This document shows positions 24,477 to 39,121 of a stretch of DNA of 64,000 bases, one piece after another; position 1 is the first letter of the stretch, and each line of letters starts with the position of its first letter. This DNA is from Eledone cirrhosa (taxonomy: Eukaryota), in the NCBI GenBank assembly GCA_964016885.1, contig OZ024740.1, positions 258,106,001-258,170,000 on the forward strand, in the 5' to 3' direction. A model generated the notes under the pieces. It saw only the letters and a list, made by a program, of their open reading frames with translations, was not told the origin of the DNA and did not search any database. The translations under genes and the position numbers were made by a program.

Positions 24477-25457
24477 ACCAGATAGAAAAATGCGTACAGC
24501 AAAAAAAGTAATATTGTTGGAATATAAACCTTTAAAAATACAGGACAAGAAACTAAAATAAAACTTTAAAAGAATAGGACAAGAAACTAAGATAAAACTT
24601 TAAAGAATTGGACAAGAAATAAAAAATTTTACAATAATATTAGTGGCAAAATTTTTATTGGTAAAAAATCGAGTTCCACATTCATAGGCTCTGGGTCCAC
24701 ATTCAGAGGTCGTCGTCAGACCGAGGGGATCATTTGATCCTGGTTTGAACACGCCTCATGAGTCATGCATAATGTGAATGGACCCATGGGCCCATGAGCA
24801 CAGATCTTGAGCAGCAGCGGACGGTCTTGTCGTCCCGCTCATCCTTGAACTTGACCAACCCGTCCATCTTCTCCTTACATCTTCTCCTTGAGTTCAAGTC
24901 CGGCATTCCAGATGAATGCGTGCCACAGCTTTCTAGTACAGGAAGGGGGAGCAGGAGGACTGGAGGGATGACGGGACAGAGGGAGGGAGGACCGGTGGTT
25001 GAGGGAGGAGCCGTAGTCGGTGGTCAGAGTCGACATCTTGGCCCGGTCGTCTTCTCCATCTTCGTCTGGTGTTGCGGGACCAGAAGTGCATTCTTGGAGG
25101 AGACCTGCAGCTGCATCGGCCAATTCTTCTTGCAATGGTCATTCTGACGGAGCAGAACTGCTCAGCCAACCAACCCCAACCAGAACCAACCGCTCAGGGG
25201 CAACACACAATGAGAGCATGACAATTATTATGCACTAATCAAGAAGATACTGGGGCATAGCACAGGAAACGAATAAAAAAATGTTGCCACTAATATTATT
25301 GTAAAATTTTTTATTTCTTGTCCAATTCTTTAAAGTTTTATCTTAGTTTCTTGTCCTATTCTTTTAAAGTTTTATTTTAGTTTCTTGTCCTGTATTTTTA
25401 AAGGTTTATATTCCAACAATATTACTTTTTTTTGCTGTACGCATTTTTCTATCTGGT
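24477..25457. repeat. ~185-bp inverted repeats with ~33-bp internal subrepeats enclosing a GC-richer 600-bp core of unknown origin
   Basis: 24477-~24659 is the reverse complement of ~25271-25457. Each arm has three GGACAAGAAA-containing units. Confidence 0.9.
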
Positions 25458-26037
25458 CTACTATTTTTTAAGGCAATGCAAGCAACAACTATCTAATAAT
25501 TAAATGATCATAGTGAATTACTGACAAGTGATTGACATTTTAAAGTTCTTTTGAGTTTAATTGCAATCTAGTTGAGGCAACTGGCTTAATGACAAAGTTA
25601 CGTCATTTCTAGATTACCTCTCCATAGCGTCACGCTTACTACTCACTCACTTGAACACAAGATTTTATCAGCAAACTTTTATTATAGACTTTTTCCCGCT
25701 GGACCAAATTTCTAGATTTTTAAGCCAAAAAATGCGTAATGCTCATATAAGTTTTATCTCAGTTAAATAAAGTAGAGCCGCACTGTACTGTCGTAAACAG
25801 ACGATTGCCAACGAAAACACGACCCCAACAAGATTACTAAACGGACTACCGTCCGTTTAGGATTATAAAGCTGAGTGTCGTGTGTATTATGTATGTATGT
25901 ATCTATGTATGTATGTATGTATGTATGTATGTATGTATGTATGTATGTATGTATGTATGTATGTATGTATGCATCCTACACACCTCCTATAGTTTGTTAG
26001 CTTTACTCTCTCCGTCGCTCTTCCGTCTCTCTATAAT

Positions 26038-26237
26038 NNNNNNNNNNNNNNNNNNNNNNNNNNNNNNNNNNNNNNNNNNNNNNNNNNNNNNNNNNNNNNN
26101 NNNNNNNNNNNNNNNNNNNNNNNNNNNNNNNNNNNNNNNNNNNNNNNNNNNNNNNNNNNNNNNNNNNNNNNNNNNNNNNNNNNNNNNNNNNNNNNNNNNN
26201 NNNNNNNNNNNNNNNNNNNNNNNNNNNNNNNNNNNNN
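26038..26237. other. Assembly gap (200 N)
   Basis: Run of N. Confidence 1.
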
Positions 26238-26304
26238 TCACACAAAACGTACTGTGACTGTGTGTGTTATATATATATTTATGTCCGCACACACACAAAA
26301 ACGC

Positions 26305-26366
<62 letters not shown>

Positions 26367-26381
26367 ATATATATATATATA

Positions 26382-26465
<84 letters not shown>

Positions 26466-26472
<7 letters not shown>

Positions 26473-26825
26473 AGAGGAATAGATTAAAGTTTAAGCAAAG
26501 AATCGCTGCTTTCAACATAAACGGGTCTTCTGAAACTAAAAAATTCAATCTGTGAACGCAGAAGTAAATATTTCGAGAAACATTGCAACCGAAGGAAAAC
26601 AGGAGGACGATATTTTGGTTCGTGAAGACGTGCTCTGGTAATGAATGAACGAAAAATGCGAGGATAATACGTCGTTATGTGGACCATCAAGAACAATTTC
26701 ATCCAAATACAAGACCAAGTTTATGGTATAAATGGAGTCGTTAGACTAATGTTCTATTTAAAATAACCGAATGATTTCCAGTTCCGGAATATAAGAATGA
26801 TGTAAATAAAATTGTAAACGAAAAT
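26466..26825 (-). mobile_element. Solo 3' terminus of the Naiad-type PLE family
   Basis: Homologous to 50517-50845 and 47351-47510 (AGATTAAAGTTTAAGC...CTTCTGAAACTAA). Abuts (TA)n. Confidence 0.75.
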
Positions 26826-26844
26826 GACAGAGGTTAATAAAATA

Positions 26845-26950
26845 GTTGTTTCTACTTTTGCCACAAGGCCAGCAATTACTAGTACTTTATTTTATCGACC
26901 CCGTAGGGTGAAAGGCAAAGTTAACCTCGACGGGATTTTAACTTTGCCTT
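26845..26950 (-). mobile_element. SINE fragment
   Basis: Reverse complement of the SINE core and tail. Confidence 0.8.
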
Positions 26951-27562
26951 AAAATAGTGAAAGTAAATAGTGAAGATTTAGGCCAGTACATACGTATGCG
27001 CCGACGGACATACACATGCATATACACACGCACACACACACACACTCACACGCGCGCGCGCGCGCGCGTGTGGGTAAATCTTATGCATTTCTACAGTATT
27101 TTCACTAAACTTAAGACATAGGTTACTTATGTACTCCGGATGGTCATGGGCACTTTCATTTTTCCAGATATTGATTATAGGGCCTCCCGGCAGATAACCC
27201 CTTTAACCACTTCCTTGGAGTCGACTGAAGCACTGCAGTGCAATGCAACAAAACATCGCAACTGCTGGAGTTCGCAACCGATTTTCACAAACCTTGACAC
27301 ATGGGCTACGTTTGTTCTACAGATGAATGTGAACTCTCAGAATTGGCACATATTGAGTAGGGGTCCCCTGGGGGCAAGAACCTCCTTTTGGAAAAAGCCG
27401 ATAATTTTGTAAAAGTATAGTTTTCGAAGCAGCACTGAAGTATTGACATAAATGGTATACATAACTGCTATTTAATACCCGAGCAGCGCCGGGTTCCTCT
27501 TCTAGTATATATATATATATATATATATAGTGAGATATATATATATATATATATATATATAC

Positions 27563-28535
27563 TCTTTTACCTGTTCCAGCCATCCGTCTGAGGCAATACT
27601 GGGACACCGCCCTTGTTGCTATACATTCTATCTCCAGCCTGTGTTGGCTGGCCATTGTTGTAAGTGGGAGTTCGTTGTTGCTGCCCTTGGGTTACCTTCG
27701 TACCGTGCTCTCGGCTCCTCCGGGATCCTAGATAGCAGGGTGTGGAGATATTTCTTGAAAACATCCACGTCCACACCATGCTGATCTCTCAAATTTCTTG
27801 GCAGCTTGTCGAATAGTCGAGGGCCTTTGAACCCCAGGCTATTACAATATCTGCTCTTTAGATTCTCTCGATGTGGAATACGTGACTTTTGCTACCACAC
27901 AGTTCGGGGGTTTTTACAGCTCTCAATGCCTAAGTTTGATGCTAGTCCCGCCAGGATTTTACATATGTATATAACTGCGTATCTCTCCCATCTTCGTTCC
28001 AAGGAGTAGTGTTTTAGGTTTTTTTTGCTTCTCGCAGCTGCTCATCTCCTTCATCGTGGCAATCCTCTTGGTGTAGCTTCGCTGGGTTGACTCAAGCTCC
28101 GTGGTTTGTTTGATACTATGGAAGCAATAGACAGTCTGCTTAGGAAATACAAAGTATCAACATGGTATCTCGGTCTTTTGTCTGGAAAGTTCTCAAGATC
28201 TAGCCAGCGTGTCTCCTTCAAATTGTCGCCACCCTCATGATGTGTGAGGAAAAAGATGCATCGTCGCTCATGTCTATCCCCAAGTCTCCTATCGATTTCG
28301 AAACGGGGATTTCGATCCCTCCCGGTCCGGCGTAGCTGTGCGGTATTGTCTTTGTGTTTACAGACTGGTATTGTAGGGCTTGAAATTTTCCTGCATTAAA
28401 CTGAATGTTTTTGTCCTCAGCCCATTTGTATTTGGCATCCAGAACTTGTTGTAAAAGGGCAGCATCAGTCGGGTGTTTGATTGCTTGTGCTACATTTGTG
28501 TCATCAGTATAGCTAGTGAGTGATGTGTCAGAAGT
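27563..28535 (-). mobile_element. CR1-group LINE 3' fragment
   Basis: YTDDTNV...LQQVLDAKYKWAEDKNIQFNAGKFQALQY...DLGIDMSDDASFSSHI, then RRWERYAVIYM further downstream. Confidence 0.85.
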
Positions 28536-28549
28536 GGGATATACATACA

Positions 28550-28661
<112 letters not shown>

Positions 28662-29261
28662 CGTATATATATATATATATGTGTGTGTATGTATATATAT
28701 ATATATATAGTGAGTTAGAAACTCAGAGTAGTCTCTTACAATTAAATAGCTCTATGAAAAAAACTTTTCCGAGCCGTGTAATATAATTGAATAAACAAGA
28801 GAGATGAACACTAATATAAATATACATGTGTTCGAATCGTAAGGACTAGGTTAGCTAGGATGAAAAGATACTAACTACAGCAATATGGTTTGTCAGACTT
28901 AATTTTAAGTAGTAAATTAAGAAAAATAACAGACCTATATCGGGCAATTGCCTGGTAACAACTAGACAGTTTTGGAAACTGTTTCGCAACATCTTATAAG
29001 CGAAGTCAACACCGTTTCTCTGCTCCTGAGTAGTTGTTGAGAAATATGCGATCCTTCCACTTCTAAAAGTATTAGAAGACTGAATTGTGTGCGATTTGAA
29101 TTAGCGCACGTGTCTTCGGAACCTAGCTTGTCTCGAAATCCTATGCAGCTAAAAATAGCGGTTTAAACATGTATGTTTATATTAGTGTTCATCTCTCTTG
29201 TTTATTCAATTATATATATATATATACTTATAAGGAGCAGGAGCGAAGTATATGTTTAATC

Positions 29262-29350
29262 AAACGTGACGCGCGTTTCACGATCGATCAGTTCTGGGAG
29301 CAATCGGTAGGGATGGGCTCCGTTTTTAGAATCGGTAGCTCTTCAGCCTT
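29262..29350 (-). ncRNA. Degenerate hammerhead motif in a PLE-like remnant
   Basis: Minus strand: CTGAAGA...GAA-ACGCGCGT-C with palindromic helix III. Helices I and II are imperfect. Confidence 0.5.
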
Positions 29351-30096
29351 GTGAATTCTTGAATGAATGGAATTATTGCTGCCGCACCGTTATATATATG
29401 CTTAAAGCTTTGCCAATTCATATTCAATTCTAGTGTCAAAGCACCCTTTCCAGTTCATTTGTAGTTATATATTCACTTTGGATTTCTTTCTAATGCAATC
29501 AATTATTCATTAAATATTGTCTGCCCGTTTCCAGACAGTCATCTGGCAATACTGCACAAGTCAATATCCGTAAACAGTTAGTCTTTGGAAATTATGATTG
29601 ACAAAAAGACGGAAGTTAAAGACATAAACACACAAAATCACCAAATGCAACAAAATGTTTTGTGTACTTGAAAAAACACACACATTTACACAGTGAGGTT
29701 ATGTAGGTTGAAAATACCCGGGGCAAGGCAAGTAGTCTATCCCATACCCGTGAACCGTTAGTTCTCCCTGGGTTACTTCCACCAATCCAGTATTAAAATC
29801 CTAACTGCTAAACAAGAAAATACCGATGCAATTAAAATACCATGTAATTAATGGTAGTATACTCTATTTTGTTAACAATCGCCTTATTTTAATTTGTGTT
29901 AATGTTTCACCACTATAGATTACATAAGGACAGTATGGCAGTAATTAAAGAGAAGGATACTGTAACATGCTAAGTGACAATGTTTATTTGACCTGTCACG
30001 TTTATTTGACCTAATGTAAAAATATTCGAACATTGAGACATTTTCTGACTGAGCGAGAAGGCACGCTATTTTTATTTTTTCTATTAATTCCCTTAA

Positions 30097-30350
30097 TTAA
30101 GTCTCGTCCCCGTCATTGTTGACGGTGGAGACTCTCGTTATGACATCGGAATCGGCGCTTTTCCACTCGCTGGCAACTTCCGCTTCTGCATGAGCGCATC
30201 CAATCTTTTTCTCCTTCCTCCTGTCACAGCGATCTGCAGTCAGGTCGTGCCATGTTGAGAGGTTGAAGCAGGTCTTCAGGTCCTCTTTAATGCAATTCTT
30301 CCAGCGCTTCCAGGTGTGGCCTCTGCCACTCTTGCTACTTGTTGATTCGC
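30097..30350 (-). mobile_element. RTE-like LINE 3' fragment
   Basis: GRGHTWKRWKNCIKEDLKTCFNLSTWHDLTADR resembles the RTE C-terminal R.RGR..RW.D.IK.DL...W..LA.DR motif. Confidence 0.65.
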
Positions 30351-30585
30351 GAAACAGGTGGTGCTTTTTCGGTGTCCAGGTCAATAGTGATTGTGGCGCC
30401 GCCACAATGGACATTGCAAACACTCTTTTACACGCACACAAAACACGCCCGTTATTAATGTTGTTGTTTAGCTCAGATGATTCCATATCATGAAAAATAT
30501 TGAGCACAGTCACTCCAGCAGTGAGTACCCCATGGTTTCACAGATATAGATAGCTAAGATACGCGCAAATATATAGAGAGATATT

Positions 30586-30671
<86 letters not shown>

Positions 30672-30686
30672 TGCGTGCGTGCGTAC

Positions 30687-30734
<48 letters not shown>

Positions 30735-31099
30735 AAGTGTGTGAGTAGGTGGATGTGTGTATGTTTGTTTCGAATTTTTCCGTGTACAGCATTGCTACTG
30801 TAACGCCACGCGCACGTTTTTATATTTGCTAGTTACACACCGCACAAGTATATATATATCTTCTTTCGTTTTTTATGGAAATCTTCTAATGGCGCACCCC
30901 AGCAGGAACTCAACTTTTCTATTGAAACAAGTAATAGAGTAATATATGTTTCAAGAAGTGGTAACAAGCCGAAACAGGTGACATCGCAGCAGAAACTTCA
31001 TTTTCACTTATATTCTCACTCTGCATCTTAGCATGTGTCGAGTAATTCTTTGATTTGTAGTTTTTCCTGTCCAAGAATCGCATACAATCAATCAATATA

Positions 31100-31150
<51 letters not shown>

Positions 31151-31426
31151 GGCAATAATATATGCAGCTTTTTGTAAACTTTATTACATATAACAATTTG
31201 TTTCTATATTGATCAGCTCGAGTGTAATCATGTGATCGGATCCCGACTTTTAATCGACACTTATCCACATATGCGAGTTTATATGGGTAGTCACTTCATA
31301 TACATTCTGCAAAATACAATTGCCTTAAACACGGAGCACAACCCGAGGTACGGACACAGTAACAGCATCGAGTGCCTCGACCAGCGTTGATGCTAGTAAC
31401 TGCAACAAGCTACACACCTAATAATC

Positions 31427-31553
<127 letters not shown>

Positions 31554-31582
31554 AAAGAATAGAGGTGTAACACACAAGTTAT

Positions 31583-31950
31583 TATATATTGGTAAACGGA
31601 ATAGAAAATGCTGACAAATTGTTCACAGTTGAAAAATGGTTTAATTAGGAATAAAAGAGTATTAGTGATTGTATGGGTTAGTATTCAGTTGTGGTTTTAA
31701 GTTTTTAAGTTTTCGTATGCAAGCCGGTGCGGCTCGCTCTGAGCACTCTAATTTTTTCACAGTGAACGTACCGGCCGCCTCGGACACTTGGTAAAGAGCA
31801 CCCTCGGAGTTTGCATACGAAAACTTAAAAACTTAAAACCACAACTGAATACTAACCCATAAAATTACTAATACTCTTTTATTCCTAATTAAACCATTTT
31901 TTAACTGTGAACAATTTGTCAGCATTTTCTATTCCGTTTACCAATATATA
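31583..31950. repeat. Hairpin element: ~140-bp inverted arms, 88-bp spacer, between TA tracts
   Basis: 31583-31722 is the reverse complement of 31811-31950 with few mismatches. Confidence 0.92.
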
Positions 31951-32289
31951 TATATATATATAAATATATATATATATAATTAGATACAATAGTGATATAT
32001 ACAAGTACTTAAATTTAGTTGGGTTATACACCCCAACTCATTCAGCCTGTTATAAAAAGAAGGATGGTCACTAAATGTTGCATGTAATTTCTTTTGGAAA
32101 GAATATATGAGAGCTATTCAAAGGCAGGTAATTTCGAAAATAGCTATAAATATCGAAAATTATTAGATATGTTAAAAGGAGATAACTATCCTAAAACTAA
32201 TATCAAAAGTAGGGAAATTCGAAGAAATCAAATTCTTTGAAATACAAATGAGTTAGTAATTCAAGGAATTGGTTAGTCAGGTCTTACAA

Positions 32290-33010
32290 TTTACTCAGAA
32301 AGAATTTCGCTTCGTGCGGACAGGGACTAAAGCAGTTAAGACGTGTATTTACGCAGTGTTTATCTGAAGTAATTTGCGAGAGTATATTCCACTTTTCCCA
32401 GTTACATAGTCAGAAAAATTTCGTTCCATTAACCTAGGGTGTAGATATTTTTAATATAAGCCCTCCTAGATATCCACTTCCCGGTTCGCCATAAATACCG
32501 ACAGATATTCATTCGCCATACAGTGGAAATAGGCTACTCGTGTATCAATAACATTAAAACCCATATCACCGGCAAACGCAAAAGCCTCTTCCGTACGAAT
32601 GTTCATGCAGAAGGCCAGATACATGCCCACTAGCCAAACAATACAACACTCCAGCGCTGAGATATTAAACAGAAGTGACCTCCATCAACAAGAACCACCA
32701 AACTGAAGCCTGGACTTATGTTGGAATGTCCGAGAGCAGGCTTAGAAGCCGGTACCTGAACCATGAAACAACTTTCAGACTTTCTGACAAAAAACATACC
32801 ACTAGCCTGCAAACCATGTATGGAGCCTTAAACATAACAGCACATGTGTTGCCATCAAATGGAGTATATTAGAAATATGGATCCCTCTATGTTAATGGGA
32901 CGAACTTTTACCGGCTATGTAACTCAGAAAAGTGGAATATGATATCTCAACTGACTTCAGATAAAGGCTGCTTAAATACACGTCTTGACTGCTTTAGTCG
33001 CCGTCCGCAA
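32290..33010 (+). mobile_element. PLE GIY-YIG domain relic (Naiad-like) on + (~32640-33010), with a diverged inverted copy (~32310-32470)
   Basis: YVGMSESRLRSRYLNHETTFR...HTTSL...IKWSIL...RLCNSEK...LNTR. Confidence 0.75.
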
Positions 33011-33697
33011 TATATACATGTGTCTGTACGCAATCAGAAATAACAAAGCAAATAACTGAGTAGAATGAAGAAATATATCATTAGTTTTACGTTTGATATA
33101 GTAGGAAAAGAGACTTAAAGTTTCGGACGCTAGTTCTTCATCTGAAACTAGAATAAGAATTCAAAGCAGAAATAGAAAGATTGAGGAGACGAGCAGTGGC
33201 GGAAACGAAAAAGAGAAGAAAAAAACAGAGAGAGGGAGAGAGAGAAAAAAAAATACAGCTCCATTCATGTCACCATCTTTAAGAATACTGTTGATGCTGG
33301 CATTTTGAGTATGATAAACTTGTTTTAAAAGGTGGTGATCTGAAATGTAAAGTAACCGTTATATATATAGCGCCGTATGTGTGCAGATGCATATACGTGT
33401 GTGTTTGTGTGTGTTTGTGTTTGTATACGTACGTAAGTAGGTAAGAGGATATATGTGTATATGTAAGTATGAGAGTGTATATGTAAGTGTGTGTGTTTGT
33501 AATTATGAATCTGTGTGTATATAGGAGTGTGTGTGTGTGTGTGTTGGCTGTTGGTCCGGACAGAGCTGTGAAGGTAAATTTAGAGTTGTGTGCACTATTT
33601 GTTGGTCTGTATAAGCTGTAAGAGTGTGTGTTTCTGACCATAACAGATCCATAGGAATCTTGTGGGTGAATTTACGCGCGACTGTATGTTTGTAAGG

Positions 33698-33756
<59 letters not shown>

Positions 33757-34619
33757 CTATTTATTTATTTATGTATATAAACATACATATAGATGCATAT
33801 AAATAATGTATGTGAGTCATTTTCTAAACCCCCACTATTGGGCGAAATTCTATAGGCACTTAGCTACTGTTTCTAATACAAATGACAAATATTTGTTTAT
33901 AGTATAGTATACTCTCTTCAGTACAAATCCCGCTGAGGTCATCTTTGTCTTTCGTCAATTCAATGTCAATTAAAAAAATACCAGTCAAATATTGGGACGA
34001 TTCTTCCTCTATATCTCTCTCACACTTCTTTTCTCATACTCTCTCTTTATCATTCTCATGAAGAAATTTGCTTTATTCAGGCCTGGAGAGATGATTTCTG
34101 CCAGGTCATAAACGTTTCCTAAGAAATATCGTATGTCAATATAGTGCTCCTATGACTCACATGAGTGTTACGGGTCCATACCATATACACAAAACAGTAC
34201 CGAGGTTAGTACATTTGCACTGCTGTTAGTAAGGATAGATCCCGGCAGTCTTCAATGAAATAATGTTTAATGGTTAATTGAGCATCACTAACATTCTAAT
34301 AATGTGTTAGATGGGGATTAAACCTTATCTACACACACCATCTGTTTCACAGTTTAGTGGGTGTATTTAGACAGTCCCGGATATACACACATTATATATA
34401 CATGCGTAATATATACATACGTTATATATACATACATTAAAGGCACAATGTAGTGCGTGCAAACTTATACAATTATACTTCCATAATCACTTATACATGC
34501 CCACACACAGATAAACATACATGTATACATACACCACACACACACACATACTCACACACACACACACACACACGTATACATATATATATATTCATATATA
34601 CACATATACACATATGCAT

Positions 34620-35165
<546 letters not shown>

Positions 35166-36181
35166 ACCTCTCTCTCTCTTTCTGAAGTGGTGTTGATATA
35201 TTTTAATGTAGAAGCACATTTTTAATTCTTGCATTATAATCTGAGAGACAAGGAGAATTGAACCCTGCATACACGGCCTTGGTTCCTTTTGCTGAGAGGA
35301 TATGACAATACGATGGCGGAGAGGCGGATCTGTCAAGTCAACGTTGCCTTCTTTTCTTTCGTAGTCGATAACATCTGTTCAATACTTCTTTTTGGAAGAT
35401 CTAAGCGTGGTGCTAGTAGTGTATTATGTTTGTGTGTGAGTGTATGTGTGTGTGTAGTTATATATGTATGTCTGCGTGTGTTTGAATGTTGTACTATATT
35501 ACTAAGTCTAAATATTCACAATTTTACATGAATTAAGAAATATTTTAGTTTATATTTTTATAGAAAAGCTTTTTAAAATGGGCACACCAATTAGATAACC
35601 TTATATGTGGTTTTTCTCTTTCTGTGTCTGTAAAATTATACTTCAGATTCGATGCAGGTTAATGTTCGCAAAAAATTTATTCTAAGTTGTTGAGCGAAAT
35701 GTAAAAGCTAAAAGAGACCCACAAAATATCTTTACGTTTTTATGGATAACGTTTCAAATTAGACTGCATGAAAAGTCATTTTTCTCTGTATCTGTCAGTA
35801 AGACTAAACTCCACATTTAATATAGAGTAACGTTTCCATAAAACTTCATATTAAGCCAAGTTGTTGAGCGAAATATAGAGGCTGACATTTGACACAATAA
35901 TTCAAACAAAATAAACAAAATATATAGACAGAAAATAGAAATACGAACGCTGCTGCATCATCAGCATACATATCATTATTCACACTGACATCATTTCCAA
36001 CAACAATAATAAGATTCACAACATCAGCAACAACAACAACAGTAATATCAACGCCATGCACTACATCGGCAACCGGAAGATCCGAGCAATGCGACGAAGC
36101 TAAGTGACATGTCCATGACCTATCCCCCATATTCTAATTTACACCAGCAAAATATGTTTCCTCACACACACACACACGCGC

Positions 36182-36244
<63 letters not shown>

Positions 36245-36287
36245 TGTATATACACGTACACAAACACACATACACGCATATGTATAT

Positions 36288-36336
<49 letters not shown>

Positions 36337-36337
<1 letters not shown>

Positions 36338-36530
36338 CAAAGGAAATGTGGTAAGGAACCAGGTGGACCATAACGCACCAAAGTACTCAATACTTGAGGT
36401 AGTAGAGTGGGTAATAGGAACCAGTAAGACCCCGACAGCTGAGCTCAAGCCGTTTCGACGGCTAATTCTGGACCAGAATTAGCCGTCGAAACGGCTTGAG
36501 CTCAGCTGTCGGGGTCTTACTGGTTCCTAT
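36337..36530 (-). mobile_element. Fold-back insertion: 117-bp palindrome (36414-36530, 1-nt centre) plus a 77-bp one-sided tail, within (TA)n
   Basis: Arms are perfectly complementary about 36472. Each arm has CGAAACGGC just beyond the central stem. Confidence 0.8.
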
Positions 36531-36552
36531 ATATATATATATATATAAAGAA

Positions 36553-36747
<195 letters not shown>

Positions 36748-36839
36748 TGTGTGTGTGTATATATATTTATATATATATAAATGAAAGGTATAGAAATTGT
36801 TGTAGCGAGAAGCTAACAGTATTCCATAACATATATGTG

Positions 36840-36873
<34 letters not shown>

Positions 36874-36959
36874 TGTGTGTAGGTGTGTATATGTGTGTAC
36901 GGTCGTGTGTGTGTGTGCCAGTGTTGGTGTATGTATGGGTGTCTATGCATACACACACA

Positions 36960-37361
36960 CAACTGGTAGAAACAACAACGTTTAATATTTGATGTACTAA
37001 GAAAAGTCTCTTAATGTTTTGGATATTAATCCTTCATCGGAAAACAGAATGGCAGATAGAGGAAGAAAGGCAAGGATAGAGGAGATTTAGAATAGAAAGA
37101 AACGGAAAAAACTTAGGTATTTGGGTAATGTGCGTGTGGTTAGTCAGACATATATGTATATAGATCGCGAATAGATGGTTTTTTCTCAAATGGCTCTGCT
37201 CAGTCTCCCCAATCTTTCTATTTATTTTATTTCTCATTCTATTTTCTGATGAAGGACTAACGTTCGAGATGTTAAGACTCTTTTTGTACTATATCAAATT
37301 TAAAATTAATATATTTTTCCATTGTACCCTGTCGTTTACTCTGTTATTTCTGTTTACCTTT

Positions 37362-37365
<4 letters not shown>
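36960..37365 (+). mobile_element. Diverged inverted pair of a short pLTR-like repeat with degenerate HHR (another copy at ~33035-33150, minus)
   Basis: CTGATGAAGGACTAACGTTCGAGATGTTAAGACTC at 37246. Related minus copies at ~37005-37045 and ~33108-33150. Confidence 0.55.
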
Positions 37366-37441
<76 letters not shown>

Positions 37442-37756
37442 TATATGTGTGTGTGTGTCTGTGTCTGTGTTTGTGCGTAGGTGTATAAATATATACACAT
37501 ATATACAACTGTTTCTTGTAAACTCATCTTGGTCAATACATTAGTCCTTGTAATGTGACCACGTCACCTCAATTTTTCTCTGCGCATCCCAACAAGTCAC
37601 CGACAGCGTGATTGCATCAACTGGTACTGGCTGCTGAAGGTGGCAGTTTGTCTGTCACAGTTCTAGCGACCTTTCATACATTCAGCACAACACAACAGCC
37701 ATTTAAATATTGCACAAAGATATCCCTTGTAAACGGACTGTAATAAAACCAACACG

Positions 37757-37862
<106 letters not shown>

Positions 37863-38119
37863 ATATATGTATGTGTGTATATGCGCGCATACACATAGAA
37901 ATATATATGTGTGTGTGCATGTATGTGTGTATGCGTGCGCTTATATACACCCCCATATATATATATATATATATCTATATATATAAATATATGCATACAT
38001 ACTTATATACATTCATATATGTCTGTATATATATATATATACACATATATATATATATATATACAGACGTATATCTATGTATGTATGTAAGTATGTATGC
38101 ATGTATTTATATATATATA

Positions 38120-38216
<97 letters not shown>

Positions 38217-38534
38217 AATAAATGTATGCTGCTGAAATGATATGTTAAGCATGCGGAAGTGATCTTTTCCGTGATACCTGCTTATCTTGAATCAGAGGAG
38301 AGAGTGGGGTGGGACTTGATGGAGGGTAACATTTGGGTTGGGTTGGGTTGGGGTAGGTTAGTTTGGGTGGTAGGTCCTGTGTTACGAAACTTCAAGCAGC
38401 TTAAAGTTTTAAATTTTATATATTAAAAAAATAACAGTAAAAGCTGTTGGAGGCTTATACTCTAATTGTCTTAAATGAATATTCCAGAAATAGCAGCCAA
38501 TATCCACTCATTTAACCACCAATATATCAGAAGT

Positions 38535-38875
38535 AAGCGGTGAATTGACAAAGTCGTTAAATCATCGGTTAGAATGCTTTGCCTTATTTATTTTGGCTCT
38601 CTGCTTTCGAGATCAACTGTGCCTTTCATCCATACTAGATCGATTAAAAAATTATTAGTCTAGTACTGCGATTGGTTCTTCCTCTATATCTCTTTCTCAT
38701 TTCCATTCTCTCAGTTTTTATCCTTCTCTGGAAGATGAGATGGGCTCCATCAGGTTTCAAAATGCCCTAGAAAGATCGTATGTCAATATGGCGCACTTAC
38801 GATATCCTCGGAAATTACGGGACCATGCATGCATACTAGAAATAGCAGTTAATCTGCATCCATATATCCCTCTTA
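38535..38875 (+). mobile_element. Older, longer SINE subfamily (related copies ~6800-6990, ~33920-34200, ~42805-43040)
   Basis: Diverged tRNA-like head and GCCTTTCATCC core, followed by a shared segment TTCTTCCTCT...GAGATGGGCTCC...TTACGGG.CCAT. Confidence 0.6.
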
Positions 38876-39007
38876 GATGAATATAATATTTGCGATATTC
38901 TTACCTTCTCACTGCATAGAGTGCAAATCATGCTGAGTTCGACTTTGCCTTTCATCGTTCCAAGACCAATAAAATTGTGTATCAGTACTAGGCTTAATCC
39001 TTGTCCC

Positions 39008-39121
<114 letters not shown>

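Noticed and set aside
24670-24730. Minus-strand CTGACGA plus a hairpin as a possible hammerhead
   Set aside because: No GAAA at the base of the stem, and no helix I or III.
25880-26298. ORFs spanning X residues
   Set aside because: Artefact of the 200-N assembly gap.
32395-32420. In-frame TGA next to LC..EK in the inverted GIY-YIG relic as possible selenocysteine
   Set aside because: It aligns with Arg (CGG) in the other copy, not with Cys; best explained by CpG decay.
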